57,914 nucleotides of DNA, filler included, from Gonapodya sp. JEL0774 (GCA_027604505.1; 4 parts of 4 records of this genome joined end to end with filler, not necessarily neighbours in it), one strand, 5' to 3'; positions 12,572 to 26,100 are shown, numbered from the whole stretch's first letter. Numbers and translations are program-made. The notes: generated by a model from the letters alone, not told the origin.

Positions 12572-14529
12572 GTATGTACTTTGAGCCTACCATTGTTCTG
12601 ATCAGCAAATAATAACCCCCCTGCCTCTCGATTATTTGTTTTATCTGTCTGCAAACAACGAAACTGTTGACACCAGGTTGCCGGAAAGCCCGTGGTACGT
12701 AAACACAGGACCCCAAAACAGATCGAGGAGAAGCGGACGGGTTCGGTCTAAGGGATGGATGATACTTTCCATTGACACAGGAGTAGAGGGATATGTATAT
12801 TGTAATAGAGAGTTTTGAGAATATCACTTGGATTCGCCGGTGCCATGAGCCCATCGATCTCTTTGAAACTGATTGACAATTGCACTCTGCCATATTATCA
12901 CCTTTCAATTCGATTTTGTTTATACTTTTCAACACCATTGTATTAATGCAAAGCTTGGAGATACAGCTACTACATACGCACAGATTTCTCCTGTCGGGCG
13001 GCAAATTAAGTTGGTTGGTCTGAATATGTCAGTCGCCGGTTGTACGGTTTCGAGGGCAGAGAGTGCGACGAAGCTGTTGGAGGCTGAGAAGTGTGAGACA
13101 GAAGAAGAACACGTCGGGGGGACAAAGGTTTGGGACGGGGGAGGGAGGGAGCTAGAGACCAGCAACGGCTCATCAGTAAAAGGCAGATCGCACAAAAAAG
13201 CTAGCACAGTCACGCTAAAAGATAGGGATGGAAAAGAAGTACAAGTAGGAGGTGATCTCTGTGAAAGAGAGTGCCGGGTGAGAACAGATTGGGAAGGATG
13301 AGGTCCTTGTGCCGATCGCTGGTGCGTTGATCGCCTTCAACAGGTGATGTAACAGCATACCAGGTGCACGAACACGACCGCAAGAGTAGTGGAAGTCACT
13401 ACGGACGGTAGGGGTCGTGGTATAGCAGCGTCAGGGGCCGGACGTGGTCGGGATGTGGAGGAACGGGGGAGTGGTGAGTTGATCGCAACAATGGGCCCAA
13501 CAATCTCACCTTAGCAGCCGTGTAGACACAGGAGGTGCAATTATCAGACGTGGACGTTGCTTGAGGGCGGTATGGGGAGGTCGTAGTGAATCGTAATGGT
13601 TGGATGTTTCAGGAAGCAGATCGATAACTCGGTCAGATCAAATGGCAATAAAGTCTCACTATAGGTAGGCGCTTACAAAACAAAAAGAATACTGTTGAAG
13701 GAATGGAGGTGATAGAGCAGTGGAACTGTGGATGGAGCCGCGCGCTCTTGGGATGGTCGTAGCTGAGCCTCTCAAGCAACTAAACTGGAGGAAGATCGGC
13801 GCTTGAAGGAGAGAATTAACTTGGTGCGCAATATACGACATCACCAGAGTGCAAATTGCACAGCAAGTAGCGGGTAGGGAAGTACTCCTGCATCCAGTGG
13901 ATCCGATTCCCGCTTGCAGGCTCTTGGCTGCCGAATCTGTGGTCAAAGGTACCTCCTTTCCCTATCCAATCGATTTAATCCCAACAAGCCGCCACATTTG
14001 CCTCTGCCAATGTTTGTACGACTGCTTTCACCCTGCTTTTTGTCAGTACGCTCCGCGGCTCCTCCGCCCCGTCACCCTCCCACGAATTTGGCCTTGCTCA
14101 ACTCCTACGACTCCTCTCGGATGCTCAAGTTTCGCCCTGAACAGATTAAATTCAGTTAATACCTCATCTCCATCCAGAAGTGCCGCCGCACGTAATCCCG
14201 TCATCCCCGTCTCCGTGCACTCTTACCAGGACTGTTCTCGGCCACCGCACCTACTTCCGGGTCTCAAGCACCACCCACTATCATGCACTCACCACGCTCG
14301 ACTCCTTGCACCTTCCTGCTTCTCCGCTCTGTCTCTACTTCTTGATTCTGATTGTGCCTGGGACTTCGAGCGGCAAAGTCGGCCGTACCATTCGCGAAAC
14401 GCGATGAGAAACGGTCGAATGGGCGAGGCTGAAATCACGATGTGCTGTAAAACAGGATGGTGGTGAGAGGAAAGGACTTCGCTGATCACAGTGCGATAGC
14501 CTGGGACACATGGGTTCAATTCGAAAGCA

Positions 14530-14629
14530 NNNNNNNNNNNNNNNNNNNNNNNNNNNNNNNNNNNNNNNNNNNNTTAATTAATTAANNNNNNNNNNNNNNN
14601 NNNNNNNNNNNNNNNNNNNNNNNNNNNNN
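14530..14629. other. Artificial scaffold linker (44N-TTAATTAATTAA-44N)
   Basis: Six-frame stop 12-mer centred in Ns, exactly 100 nt. Confidence 0.97.
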
Positions 14630-15282
14630 GGGGGGAGGGCGGTTGCGTGGGCTGCGCATTGTCGGCAGGGTGGGGACAGCGGAGAAATCAGCGAGAGGCT
14701 TTAGGTGTGAGGACTCGTGGGGGCGCAACCCAACCTCACCTGGTTGGCTTCGAACGTGTCCATGACCATGCTGCGCCGTTTCGTGTCCAGATGCATTGAA
14801 ACACACCCAACCCTTTGCTCTCTGCTACGGATTTTTTTCTGCTAGCTATTTGACGATTGCAAGTTGTTTTTTGTGTGTGGATGAAGACGGGGAGCGAGGG
14901 TCCAAACTGGTCTTCTTGTCCTTCGAAACAGAATTGAACTCACTGTAGTTCGCAGTACTACTTCAGTGTTAGGATAAGTATGAATGAGCAAGAGCAAACT
15001 TCTTCTATAGCTGATATGACCTCCGAAGTTGGGACTGGTCTCGTTGTAAATGCAAGTAAAAGTACTGGCGTAACTTCCATTTTTTAGTGCTTGGCTCACA
15101 CCAAGAACAGGCAGGGGATTGCACAAAATCACTTGTGTCTGTCGACCCATATAAAACACGGACAGTAGTTCCAGCTGCAGCCATTGCAACGATCCCATCG
15201 GCTGCATCATCTGCAGATTCCGATCTGGTCTCCCCCAAAAGGGACAATCCGCACACCGAACTCATTCACACTGCACGCTGCT

Positions 15283-17615
15283 ATGGACGCCCCTTTTCTC
15301 GTGCCAGTAACGGAGGACGAACTCACGGCCTTCAGACGGGAGTGGGAGACAGAGGTCAAGGCGAGAGCTGCACTTAGCAACTCCGTGACCTCCCATCCGC
15401 CAGCACTGTCGGCACAGTCAGCACACTCCGCTGCTCCTATCACCCATTCACCCAACCCGCTCCCCTTGCCACTCCCACCGTCAGCAGACTCCTCCCTAGC
15501 CGGTCCGCCGCATGCCCCGTCACACTCTGTTGCTCTCGACATCCCCCTGGTTGCTTCTCGCTCGTCCTTCCACAAACCCCCAACTGCCCGCGTCGTCGTT
15601 CGCTCAGTTTCTTCTGAGGCGACCATTCCTCCTTCATCATCCACCGCCGTCTCCTCATCCTCCTCCGTGCCTAGCTCCACACCACCTGTGCCCTCTCTCT
15701 CGCGCTCGGATGAGGCCCTCAGACTCTACGACCTCGCAAGCACAGCAGAAAGACAGGGGAATCTTTCAAAAGCTCTAGAGTATTATCAGTCCGCGAACAA
15801 GCTGGAAGGTGAGTTAGCGAGGTGAACGGAAACCCTCAATATAGGATAACCATCGGGGTTGTGTGCACTCATTTCCGCTCTTCCTCTGAGCGTTTGGGAA
15901 AGCGATAGGCTCGATGCGTTGAAAAGCGACGCTTGGTTTGTCTGGAGCTTCTACGGTTTTGTGTCAGCTGAGCTCAACCCCACCTCACTAGGCAACATCG
16001 ACCTGCTCTACCGACGCAAATGGGCCTCCAACACTCTTCCGACTGCCATCACCGCCACCACCTCCAACCCCCAGGACGATCCAATCGACCTTTCCTACCA
16101 GTTCGTCCCCTCGCACCCTCCGACAGTCGACTCGTCCGATATACCCCTTCACATCCTCTTCTCCCGCTCTCCCACTCCCCTCACGATCACTCCACACAAG
16201 CCGTCGCGCCCCAGTCCCTTGGCAATCTTACCGTCCGAAGTCCTAATAGCCTTACTCGCACACGTTGGCCTCGCCGACATTGTATCACTCAATGCTGCCA
16301 GCATAGTTTGTAAAAGATTATACGTATTGTGTAGGGAACAAGGGGTTTGGAAAAGGGTAGCTCGGAACACTTACTTAGGGACCGGATTTGTCGGGGAGCG
16401 TGAAAGGGAGAAGGGCAAGCGCAATGCCGACGGTGACATCGAGGCGGCACTCGAGAGAGAAGTCGTGAGTTTAACTCCGTTAATGGCGACATACCGAGCT
16501 CACCCTGTTCTTGTCTCCCCCTCCCACCTGGTCCAACCGTCCGCAGCACCTTTACGGCTCATGGCGGCAACTGCTCATGAACAAGCCCAGGTTACGATAC
16601 GACGGGATATATATATCCAGGTGGTGAGTTTCTATCATTCATTGTGTGCTTCTCGTCACGCGCCGGTTGCTGTTCAGAGTAGGGTGCTGCGTTGGCGTAA
16701 AAAATACGCATGCGATGCATAGCACCCAACCCTTTCTGGTGCCACTACCTGTATTCGCACACACCATACGCCATGCGCGTCAAGGCCGGGGTAATTTCGC
16801 AACTCACCCTCACAATACCTGACACCGGAACTCGTTTGCTCCTTTACCTATAGCAACTACTGGCGTCAAGGCCACTCAGAAGGATTCTACACGCCCTGTA
16901 TCCTTGTATCGTACTTTAGGTTCCTCCGGTTCTTCAAAGATGGCACCGTGGTGAGCGTGTGCACGACAGCTGAGCCTGTGGAGGTGAGCAAGTTGAAGGA
17001 GGTAATGGCGTGGGGGGCGGGTGAAAGGTGGGGGGAGGGTGGGGGGGCCCCTCTCGTCGGGGGCTCGGCGTCCCCGGGGCGCCCGGGCCCGCGGCCCCCC
17101 GCCCCCCCCCGGCGCCCGCCGCCCCCCCCGCGCCGCCGCCCGCCCGCCCGCCCGCCGAGTTTGATTAAGCGGGAATTCTCCCATGGCTGCGTGACGCGGC
17201 TTTTTCTCGAACAGATTTCTCTTCGTCCGACAGGTTGTGAAACTCCTCCGCACCCCGAGCCATCCCTTAACCATAAAACATCTTCGTCCTTTGCTCTCTG
17301 GGACTTGGAACCTCTCCGCCAACCAGTTAACCGTGCACCTCCGCGACCCGGCCCGTCCTCGGACGAAATTCGCCATGCAGCTCAACGTTGCGAGCGTCAA
17401 AGTGGGTGCCCATAACGCACTCAAGTGGGCGGCTTACACCAGCAGGACGGGCGACGGGGACGTGACTGAGTTTGCGTGAGTGTTGTGTGACGCTAAGGGG
17501 CTGATCGGCTGGGCACTGGCGTAGATGGGTGAAATCTTTCTCTTTATTTCACTCTCCAATCAGTCTTAAGAATCTCTCCACCTTCTACTTCTCCCGAGTG
17601 CGTTCGTACGTGTGA
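15283..17615 (+). CDS. HRT3: F-box protein Hrt3/Pof7/FBXO9 family
   Basis: N-terminal EDELTAFRREWETEV; TPR/MIT-like ALRLYDLASTAERQGNLSKALEYYQSANKL; F-box LAILPSEVLIALL...VCKRLYVLCREQGVWK; C-terminal KPRLRYDGIYIS, NYWRQG..., YFRFLRFFKDG, and terminal FYFSRVRSYV*. Confidence 0.9.
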
Positions 17616-17741
17616 AGGGGCCGATGAACTCCGTCCAACGTTCCAACGATGTGCGCAGCATGCAGACCTTAGAAGTATCGCTAATATCACGGTGATCGGG
17701 ACACAGTCCTGTCACCAAAGGCACGAATAGAAGACTAGCTT

Positions 17742-19382
17742 TTATGTCTTGTTTTGAACATTGACGCGGTACTTGTCCTATTGCCGCAATTGATTAAAAT
17801 ATAGATGCATGAGTTGTATGAATCAAATGCTGACCCACACTGTGTTGAGTATCCTCTCAAATTCAGACTCACCTTGAACGCGTCCCACACCACATATGCC
17901 CCCTTGAAGAACCTCTTGCCACTCATCTGATCAAACTCGTCCCTCGCGTGCAACACTCTTCGATTATTAAACACCACGCACTCGCCTTCTTCCAACCGCC
18001 GAGTGTGAACCATTTCAGGCGCCTCGGTGTACTCGCGAAAACGAGCAAACGCTCTGTACCAGTCCTCCACCTTATCGGGTGGACATTCGAGCGTGCCCTG
18101 GAAGGGGGGAGCGTAGTACACTCGCATAGGCTCGTTGCCATCGTAGTCTACGATGGTGGGGTGGCGGAATCGGAGGTGATGGCCGTCGTTGTCGTAATGG
18201 AAGGTGACGGGCACCGTGCACAAGGTGTGGAACTCGTCAGGGTAGGTGGTGCGGAGCCGCTCAGCGGCACGGAAAGAATCGGAAAAGAAGTTGCTCCCGC
18301 CTGTGACGGTGTTTTGAATGCTATGAAGGAGTTGGAGGCCAGGGGGGGATTCAAAATACCTGAGGTGTTGGGGGTCAGGGATTGGGGGGTTGAATGAAGG
18401 CGCCGCATAAATGGTTGCTCACATTAAGTCCATATGAAGCCCGAGGAAGAGGGATGTATAGGCGATGTTGTTCGCTTTGGGCACACTTTTGACGTCGAAC
18501 GTACGTCCATAGACTATCCAAACAAGCAAACTGAGAGAAATAATGCGGTTCTACACAAAACTCGATACAGGTTGCACATTACCCACAAGTCTCTTGAACG
18601 TGTCCTCCGAGCCTCTCACAAAGTCCCTCAATCGCTTTCTCGTCCTTTGGAACCCCTCGTAGAAAGGCCAGTCCATAAAGGTACACCTGCTTGAGCACAA
18701 TTCGTTGACCTTCATCTGTGTTCATAAACTCTTCATAATCAGTCCACAAGCCTCGGTCGGAATCTTTTTCGAGAGTGTCCTTGTCCCAGGTGACAATTTT
18801 CATGCGGCCGCGATCCCGCGCCAACACGGATTCAGACCTGTAGTCCTGCTGCTGGAGCCACTGCAACTTGAACTCGGACACATGCGGGCCTTGAGAACCC
18901 TCGATCCTTCCCAGAAGGGGTGTGTCTTCCCATGTGATGCGAATCAGGGGGTCGTCGAAGCTCCCGCCGAACTCAATCGTAGTGGGTTTGATGTCGAGGG
19001 GGATGTCGGCGCTGGAGTGCAGTTTTTGTCGGTTGTCTGGGTGTACGCATGCAGGGCATTGGCAGTGATCTCTAAGCCAGACGTAGTTGAATGAGGAAGA
19101 GGCAAATTCGGAATGCGGAAGTGGGGTTGCCGTCTTTGACGGGGATTGGGACCAATGGAGCGTTAGCTTCCGGCTATCCGACACATAAGAAGGGGCGGAA
19201 AGGGAAGATGATTCTTTGGACAATGCAGCAGATGGAGATGCCCGAGAGGGGGTGGAATGGAGTGAGCGGCGAGCAAGTGAGAAAACGTATTGCGGACGCA
19301 AGCAGATGCGGGATGCTGCTTGTGCGGTATTGGCTGAGAGATGATTGGATGCTGATAAGGAAGCTTTGGCAAAACCTCGCAT
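17742..19382 (-). CDS. Mitochondrial 2-oxoglutarate/Fe(II) dioxygenase, gamma-butyrobetaine dioxygenase-like (BBOX1/AIM17-FMP12 family)
   Basis: Arg/Ser-rich presequence; Zn-binding WLRDHCQCPACVHPDNRQKL; YGLAFLRGVP; NIAYT..LGLHMDL (HxD); ESPPGLQLLH; VFNNRRVLHAR; RFFKGAY. Confidence 0.92.
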
Positions 19383-19897
19383 TATTATGAAAGGTTGGAT
19401 CGATTTGACGGGCTTCCTCAAGTACGAGGTCTCGCTCTTCCCGATTGACCGTGACTCACAGGACAGAACAAAATCTACCGCTTCTTGCACATTGATATAG
19501 ATGCTTTATGTATCCCATTCATAGTTATCCCACTTCCCATCATATTCAGGTACTCTGGTTTTAACATAGACCCCTAAATAGCTTCTATGTAGCCTGTGAT
19601 GAGAAAGGAGGGAATGGATGACGGAGAGAGGGAAGGTTTGCGTATTGCATATTGCACAGAAAACTTGAATTGTTATTTCCAATCTTCGGAACCAACAAAA
19701 TATATGAAAATTGCATCACGCTCTCACGTGATTGCCTGTGTCGGGCAGCAGAGGTGGCACGGCGCGGCATCGTCCGCCATCCTCCGCTTCTTGAACGCTG
19801 GTTCATTTCATCACCCAGTCACATTTTCCAAACCTCGCTTGCTCCACAACAACGATTTGAGCTCCCACTCGTATCATACCTAAATCTTCAAACAGTG

Positions 19898-22137
19898 ATG
19901 ACTTACGACATCGAAGCCGAAGATGTGAGTTGTGGGTTCCAGTGGGAGACCCTTCTTCGGATGGTCTTCTCGTCTTGGTGTGCTGCTCCGGGCAACCTGC
20001 GTCGCTGAACCTTACTCTAATGTTCTTTCTCATTTGGCCTTGGGTCTTGCACGTCATCGCCATTTCGTGTTGTTCCGTAATCGGTTTGGTTCCGACGGAA
20101 ACAACTGACTGTCATGTTTCCACCAACAGAAAGCTTTCCTGGCCGAAGTAGAAGCTGTAAAGAAATGGTGGGCCTCTGACCGGTTCAAGAACCTCAAGCG
20201 GTAAGTCTGCTCTAACTTGTATGTCTTTTGCAATGTCGGCAATGTGGTGACTCATGCATGGCTCTGACGCACTATCTGCCCAGAACATACACCGCAGAAG
20301 AGGTTGTCGCGAAGCGAGGCACCATTACTCAATCCTACGTTTCAAATGACCAGGCGAAGAAACTGTGGAAAATCCTCGTGTCCAACCAGCAGAACAAGAC
20401 TACGAGCCACACTTTTGGAGCGCTCGACACTATCCAGGTTGTGCAAATGGCAAAGTACCTTGATACCGTCTACGTTTCAGGATGGCAATCATCTTCGACA
20501 GCGTCGACCTCCAACGAGCCCGGTCCTGACCTTGCGGAGTGGGTGTTAAACAAACACCGAATCCCCACATGATAAAGTTCACAGCTCATTTTAAACCTCA
20601 TCCATATTTCAAAACACTAGCTACCCCATGGACACCGTTCCCAACAAAGTCGAGCAATTGTTCTTTGCTCAACTCTTCCACGACCGAAAACAGCGTCACG
20701 CCCGTTTGAGCGTCCCCAAGGAAGAACGCTCAAAACTCCCTTATGTCGACTACCTCCGCCCCATCATCGCCGACGCGGATACGGGTCACGGTGGTATCAC
20801 TGCAGTCATGAAACTCGCCAAGATGTTCGTGGAAAGGGGTGCAGCAGGCATTCACTTGGAGGATCAAATGCCGGGCACAAAGAAATGTGGGCACATGGCC
20901 GGAAAGGTTTTGGTGCCTATCTCGGAGCATATTTCCAGGCTGATCGCTGCCAGACTCCAATTTGACATCATGGGAGTCGAGAACATTATCGTTTGCCGCA
21001 CGGATTCCGAAGCTGCAACCCTGATTACCAATACCATCGACAAACGTGACCACCCTTTCATCATCGGATGCACCAACCCCAAGCTGAAAGCCCTCGTGAC
21101 TGCATTGGACGAGGCTGAAGCCGGCGGCAAGAGCGGTGCCGCACTCGCGGCTGTTGAAGACCAATGGATCTCCGAAGCGAACCTCAAAACCTACCCTCAA
21201 GCTGTCTTGGATGCCATTAATGCTTCGACAGCTGCTAACAAGGAAGCCGTCGCCAAGGAGTGGTCGGAGAAGTCTTATCAGTTGTCCAACGAGGAGTCAC
21301 GTCGCCTTGCCAAGTCCCTCGGATTCGACGTCTTCTTCGACTGGGACTCTCCCAGATCTCGTGAGGGCTTTTACCGCTACGAAGGTGGCACGCAATGCGC
21401 CATTGCCCGGAGCGTCGCGTACGCCCCTTACGCGGACGCTCTGTGGATGGAGACCAAGTCCCCCATCTACGCGCAGGCAAAGGAATTCGCTGAGGGTGTT
21501 TTGAGCAAAAGGCCGTGGGCTATGCTCTCGTACAACTTGTCACCGTCTTTCAACTGGGACGCGGCGGGAATGACAGACGATCAGATGAAGTCATATATCT
21601 GGGATCTTGGGAAACTTGGCTTTGTGAGTTTGAATTCTTGATACCCGCAGTGCGGTTGAGATTCATGGTTCCGATATATTGTCATGGGCAGGTCTGGCAA
21701 TTCATCACGCTTGCTGGTTTCCACTCCGACGGTGAGGTGCCATTATTGTTGGTGTCGATCTGACACTTCTTTAACTTCTCTTGCAACAGCACTTATGATT
21801 GACACCTTTGCCCGTGGATATTCTACCGAGGGCATGAAAGCCTACGTCGGTATGATTCAGCGCCAGGAACGGGTCAACAAAGTAGAAACTCTGCAACATC
21901 AGGTGAGCTCGTACATTGCGCCTGTGATCTGCTTGGTGCTGACAATCGTGCAATCGATGTCCAGGCTTGGTCGGGTGCTGGCTACATTGACTCCATGGTG
22001 CTGACCGTTCAAGGAGGCGTCACTGCTGTTGCAGCAATGGGTGAGTAGGTATTCTTCGCTTATAGGAGGTCGTCTGACAATATTGTTTCTTTGCGCCTGC
22101 AGGTAAAGGTGTTACTGAGGACCAATTCAAACACTAG
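19898..22137 (+). CDS. ICL1: Isocitrate lyase
   Basis: KKCGHM catalytic motif, [32 protein letters not shown] (ICL-type rather than methylisocitrate-lyase LQLISLAG), and C-terminal [11 protein letters not shown]. Confidence 0.98.
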
Positions 22138-22251
22138 TGGAGCAGTGGGCAAGCACGAATGATTCTTTTGCCCCTTTGTAATGCAATTACATTGTAAAAC
22201 AAGTGTTAGTGAATCTTGATGTGGTGCTCAGGCTGTTCGCAAAAAACACAC

Positions 22252-23428
22252 ATGAACATCCTCCCAAAGAAAAGGTAAATTGGATTGGCATTTAAGCTCT
22301 GTCGTTCTTCTCGCTTACCGCCAATTTTGCTCCGGTCATTGTCATATAACTGCGATCCGCTGCAAACCTCCCATTATCAGCTGGCATGTTCTGAACGAGA
22401 AGAATCGTGAGCGAGTTGCCAGGGACGAAGCGAATGCACGAGAAGAGAAACTGAAAGAAGAGCAAAGAGCTCTGCAGGCGGTGAGCGGTGAGGCATCTCC
22501 CTTCCGCGTTAGTTTCTCGAAAAACTCAAATGAACTTGTTGCTAGGAACGGGAACGACGACTGACATTGCTTCGAAGCAAGGCACGAGAAAACGAGAATG
22601 AAGATCGAGAAAAGCCAACTTCTGCACGTGAGAGTCGAAAGAGGCCATCCGAAGATGGGGAAAATGGGATAGATCGTCAGGCAACATCGGAACTGTACAC
22701 CACCTCTGGACACTTGAATTTCTGGGCGACAATGGAGAGAGACGTAGGTGAATGTGCTGTTTTGGCTGCGCAAGTTGGAGTGCGACATACTGTATTCCTC
22801 TGTGAGAAACAGAAGACAACGAGGACCGCTACAAACCCTGAATATGAAGAGGAATCTCGAGCTGAGAAGGCAAAAGAAGAGCGAAAAGTTACAATGTATC
22901 TGGACAGCGCGAAAGGTCTGCCTCTGCGATCACTTTGAATTGTTTTGAGATGAAGATAAAATTATGTGAGGCCTCCGCTTCTCTCCAGAGACCAGCCCCT
23001 GGTACGCTGATACTCCTGCGGGACAGCCAAAAGTCCAGCAAACTCTTGTCAAGAGGTGGGTGTTGAGTTGAGTAGAAATTCTGAAGTGTTTGTAGATCCG
23101 TCTGTTTCGACACTCTCACTGTTGCAGAAAACACCAAGACAAGTTTCTTCAAAGCGAAGATCCCATGACAGAAGTTGCCCGCCAGTCAAAGCGTCTCAAA
23201 CTTGACCCACCGATGCAATCCTCTCGATCACGACGAGTGTCAACTGCAAACCCCGACGGGCGACCTGACTTTGCAGCTCTCCGTTTAGAGCGATTACAAA
23301 GAGAGAGCGAAGAGCGTTCTCGATTACAAAACATCAAGAGGCAAAGAGAACCCGCGGCTCCATCGGACGAACGGAACATGGCGTACAATTCAACATATAA
23401 TCCCACATTTCGTAAGCCCCGCCGATAG
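22252..23428 (+). CDS. LENG1: LENG1-like protein (Cir_N domain)
   Basis: Spliced N-terminus MNILPKKSWHVLNEKNRERVARDEANARE matches the LENG1/Cir_N signature. Also GHLNFW, and C-terminal ALRLERLQRESEER...YNSTYNP. Confidence 0.88.
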
Positions 23429-23445
23429 AGTACATCATTAGTCTA

Positions 23446-24787
23446 CTAGCGCCTGCTGTACGGTTGCAATAACATGAGTGCTTTTTGGAGGTTGTCAACT
23501 GCTGTTTCGATGTCGTCATATTGCAGAGCGCTGATGGCAAATCTTGAGAGCTTTTGCGCGCTTGCCAATACCTTCGGGTCGTATGGGTAGAGATCGGACG
23601 GCGAAGGTGCTCCACCCGCCAATTTGGGTCCAGAGAGTTTTGCTCCGTATGAATTGGGTTGCTGAGATGATTGGGGCTGTGGATGTTGAGTGTAATGCGC
23701 GGCCGAGCTCGGGTAGGAGGGAGGTGCGGGAAACTGTACGTAAGGTTGCTGGGGCCCCATGCCATTCTCGCCAGGATATTGCTCTCGGCGATACTCTGTG
23801 GGAGGGAACGGTTGTCCTTGCATTGGATAGCCAGGTTGCTGGAGTAAACCATATCCTTCTGATGAACCAATACCCGGAGGAGGGCTGACATTCTGGTCAG
23901 ACTGGCCGGAAGGATTGGCCGGGTTCTGGAGCTCCAATTCGTCCACGCCCTCGGAGCCCGCGGGACCAGGGGTGGGCTTCCTACCTTCCTTGAGAGCCTT
24001 TTCAATATCAACAGCTTTCCATCGTGAATAGCTGAGCTTTTGTTGAATCTGAAACGCAAGTTATGAGTGACAATTTGATGAACAATGGGAGGAGATGGCA
24101 CCAACGTCCTCATCGAGTTCACCCCAAATTCCAAGCGTCTCCAAGAACAGCTTTGCCGCGAAAAATTTTCTCGCTGTATTTCTGCAACACAATGTTGACA
24201 TGAATGGTGGTATCCCGTCAAATGGAGAATCGGCTCACTTTGTCGCCTTCCCAGCACGATCTTCATTATCAGCACTGCTGAATACTTTTAGCGCAAAATT
24301 TTCCACATATGCCTTGCCTGCGTCTTGATTGGTTATGGCGTCAGAGGTGCCAAGCCGGCTTTTCTCCTAATGTTGAGAGCAGTATGAATTGCATGACACC
24401 AATCAGCCTTTCCGGGATAAATGTACCTTCTCCAAGTGATCTAACAGAGATACGAGAAATCCTTGAAACTCCTGTGGTGAAACAGAAGAAGGCCTTACCT
24501 CCATTGCCTTTCGAGCGGCATAGAACTCGCCTGTCGGTTGAACAAACAGCATTTGACAACCGCGGCCAATACTAGAAATCAGTATGTTCTTACAGTAGTA
24601 GGCGATAACCGGCTCGTGGCTTCGGAGCTCTTCTGCGCGCTGAACGAAACCCCGAATCGCATTGGGCAAGCCTTTGGAACCCCATATTTAAGCGCATGCG
24701 ATGGGAAAATGAAGATTGAATATCCTTGCTTGCGAAGACATTATTGCTATGTTTGGCCTGACCTTCGGGCAAGGGATACGGCGGCAT
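23446..24787 (-). CDS. VTA1: Vps4 activator Vta1 (ESCRT)
   Basis: N-terminal MIT IRGFVQRAEELRSHEPVIAYYC; AYVENFALKVFSSADNEDRAG; a Pro/Gln linker; C-terminal VSL AQKLSRFAISALQYDDIETAVDNLQKAL. Confidence 0.95.
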
Positions 24788-25133
24788 TTGTTGGGAACGT
24801 GGATCATCGTGTGGGATAGAGAATGACAGAAGCCCCTCACAGTCTGATAAAGCGTCATCCGCCATGGGCAAACAATTATTTTCAAATGAGGAAAATAACA
24901 TATCCCAAGCGTTCTGTTCGTGATGTTTTGATAGGATAAGGAGACTGGTCGGGAGCCCTTCCAAGTATATCCTTGTTGTGATAGCACAAATCTCACAAAG
25001 CCTTTTATGATTTTCTTGTAAAATTCTTTGTGACAAATGAATCGTGGTCTGGCAGGGGTTGATTCTCAGGACCAATGAGTGTGGCTCAGCCACGACCATC
25101 CTTCCACAGGTTTTCTGCGCATCATTGGCAGCT

Positions 25134-26077
25134 ATGTTCCAGACGTCAATCGCGCGGTCAATTGCGGTGAGTCCCAATGCTGTGGTTTTGCAATTTCCGG
25201 TTATCTCGCTCATCTTCCCCCTCAATCTCTCGGCCTCCACGTACTTCACTTCTTATTCTTTCCGGATGTAGCAGCAGGCACGAGCATATGCTACCGAGTC
25301 CGGAGCTCAGGTGCTTCAACGTTGTCTGTGGTTTAGATAAATATTTGCAATATTGATCCGATGTTCTCATCGTCACCAGTCGCTTCCAGTTCTCCACGGT
25401 CTGGATGGTCGCTATGCAACCGCTCTTTTCTCGGCGGCGAAGAAATCTAACGCTGTAGATGCTGTGGAAAGGGACCTGAACCGGATCAAATCGCTGATGC
25501 AATCGGATGAAAAGTTCAAATTCTTCGTCGAGACTCCTATTATCCCCCGTGATGAGAAGAAGGGAGGACTCAAAGAAATTTTCGTCAAAGGAGGGTATTC
25601 TCCTGTCACTCAAAATTTCTTTGATGTTCTCGCGGACAACGGCCGGTTGGACCAGACGAGCAAAATTTTCAACTCTTTCGAAATCCTTCTCCTGGCCTCG
25701 AGAGGCCTTGTGTCATGCGCTGTAACATCTGCAAAAGTAAGTTTGGTTGGCTCACTATCCGAAGCACTCTGCGCATCTGTACAAGTGTTCGTGTTGAATG
25801 CAGGAGCTCGATGCTGCGACCTTGAGGAGGGTGGAGGCGATTCTTACGAAGAGCAACCTTCTCGAGAAAGGCCAGAGGATTACGGTGACAAGCAAGGTTG
25901 GTTCGAGATGGTCCCTTTCGCGGTTTCCTTTTTTTTCGGTGCAAGTGAATGGCCACCATGCAGGTTAATCCTTCAATCCTCGGAGGTCTGGTCATAGAAA
26001 TTGGAGACAAAACCATAGACCTATCAGTGTCGTCCAAAATTGCGAAGCTGAACCGACTTCTGACAGAAACCATTTAA
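25134..26077 (+). CDS. ATP5: Mitochondrial ATP synthase OSCP (subunit 5/O)
   Basis: LHGLDGRYATALFSAA, NFFDVLADNGRL, VTSAK, and VNPSILGGLVIEIGDKTIDLSVSSKIAKLNRLLTETI*. Confidence 0.97.
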
Positions 26078-26100
26078 TAGTCTGACATGTATTCATTGCA

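Noticed and set aside
14574..14585. TTAATTAATTAA as a biological motif (PacI site or piggyBac TTAA target)
   Set aside because: It is always centred in 44+44 Ns in all three cases, so it is a synthetic six-frame-stop linker.
16876..17424. Arg/Gly/Pro-rich 182-aa and 155-aa ORFs
   Set aside because: They are produced by the G/C block in the HRT3 intron and are not credible proteins.
22103..22200. Cryptic peroxisomal PTS1 on ICL1 by stop readthrough
   Set aside because: The stop is TAG-TGG, not a TGA-CTA context, and the readthrough extension ends ...AITL, not an SKL-like tripeptide.
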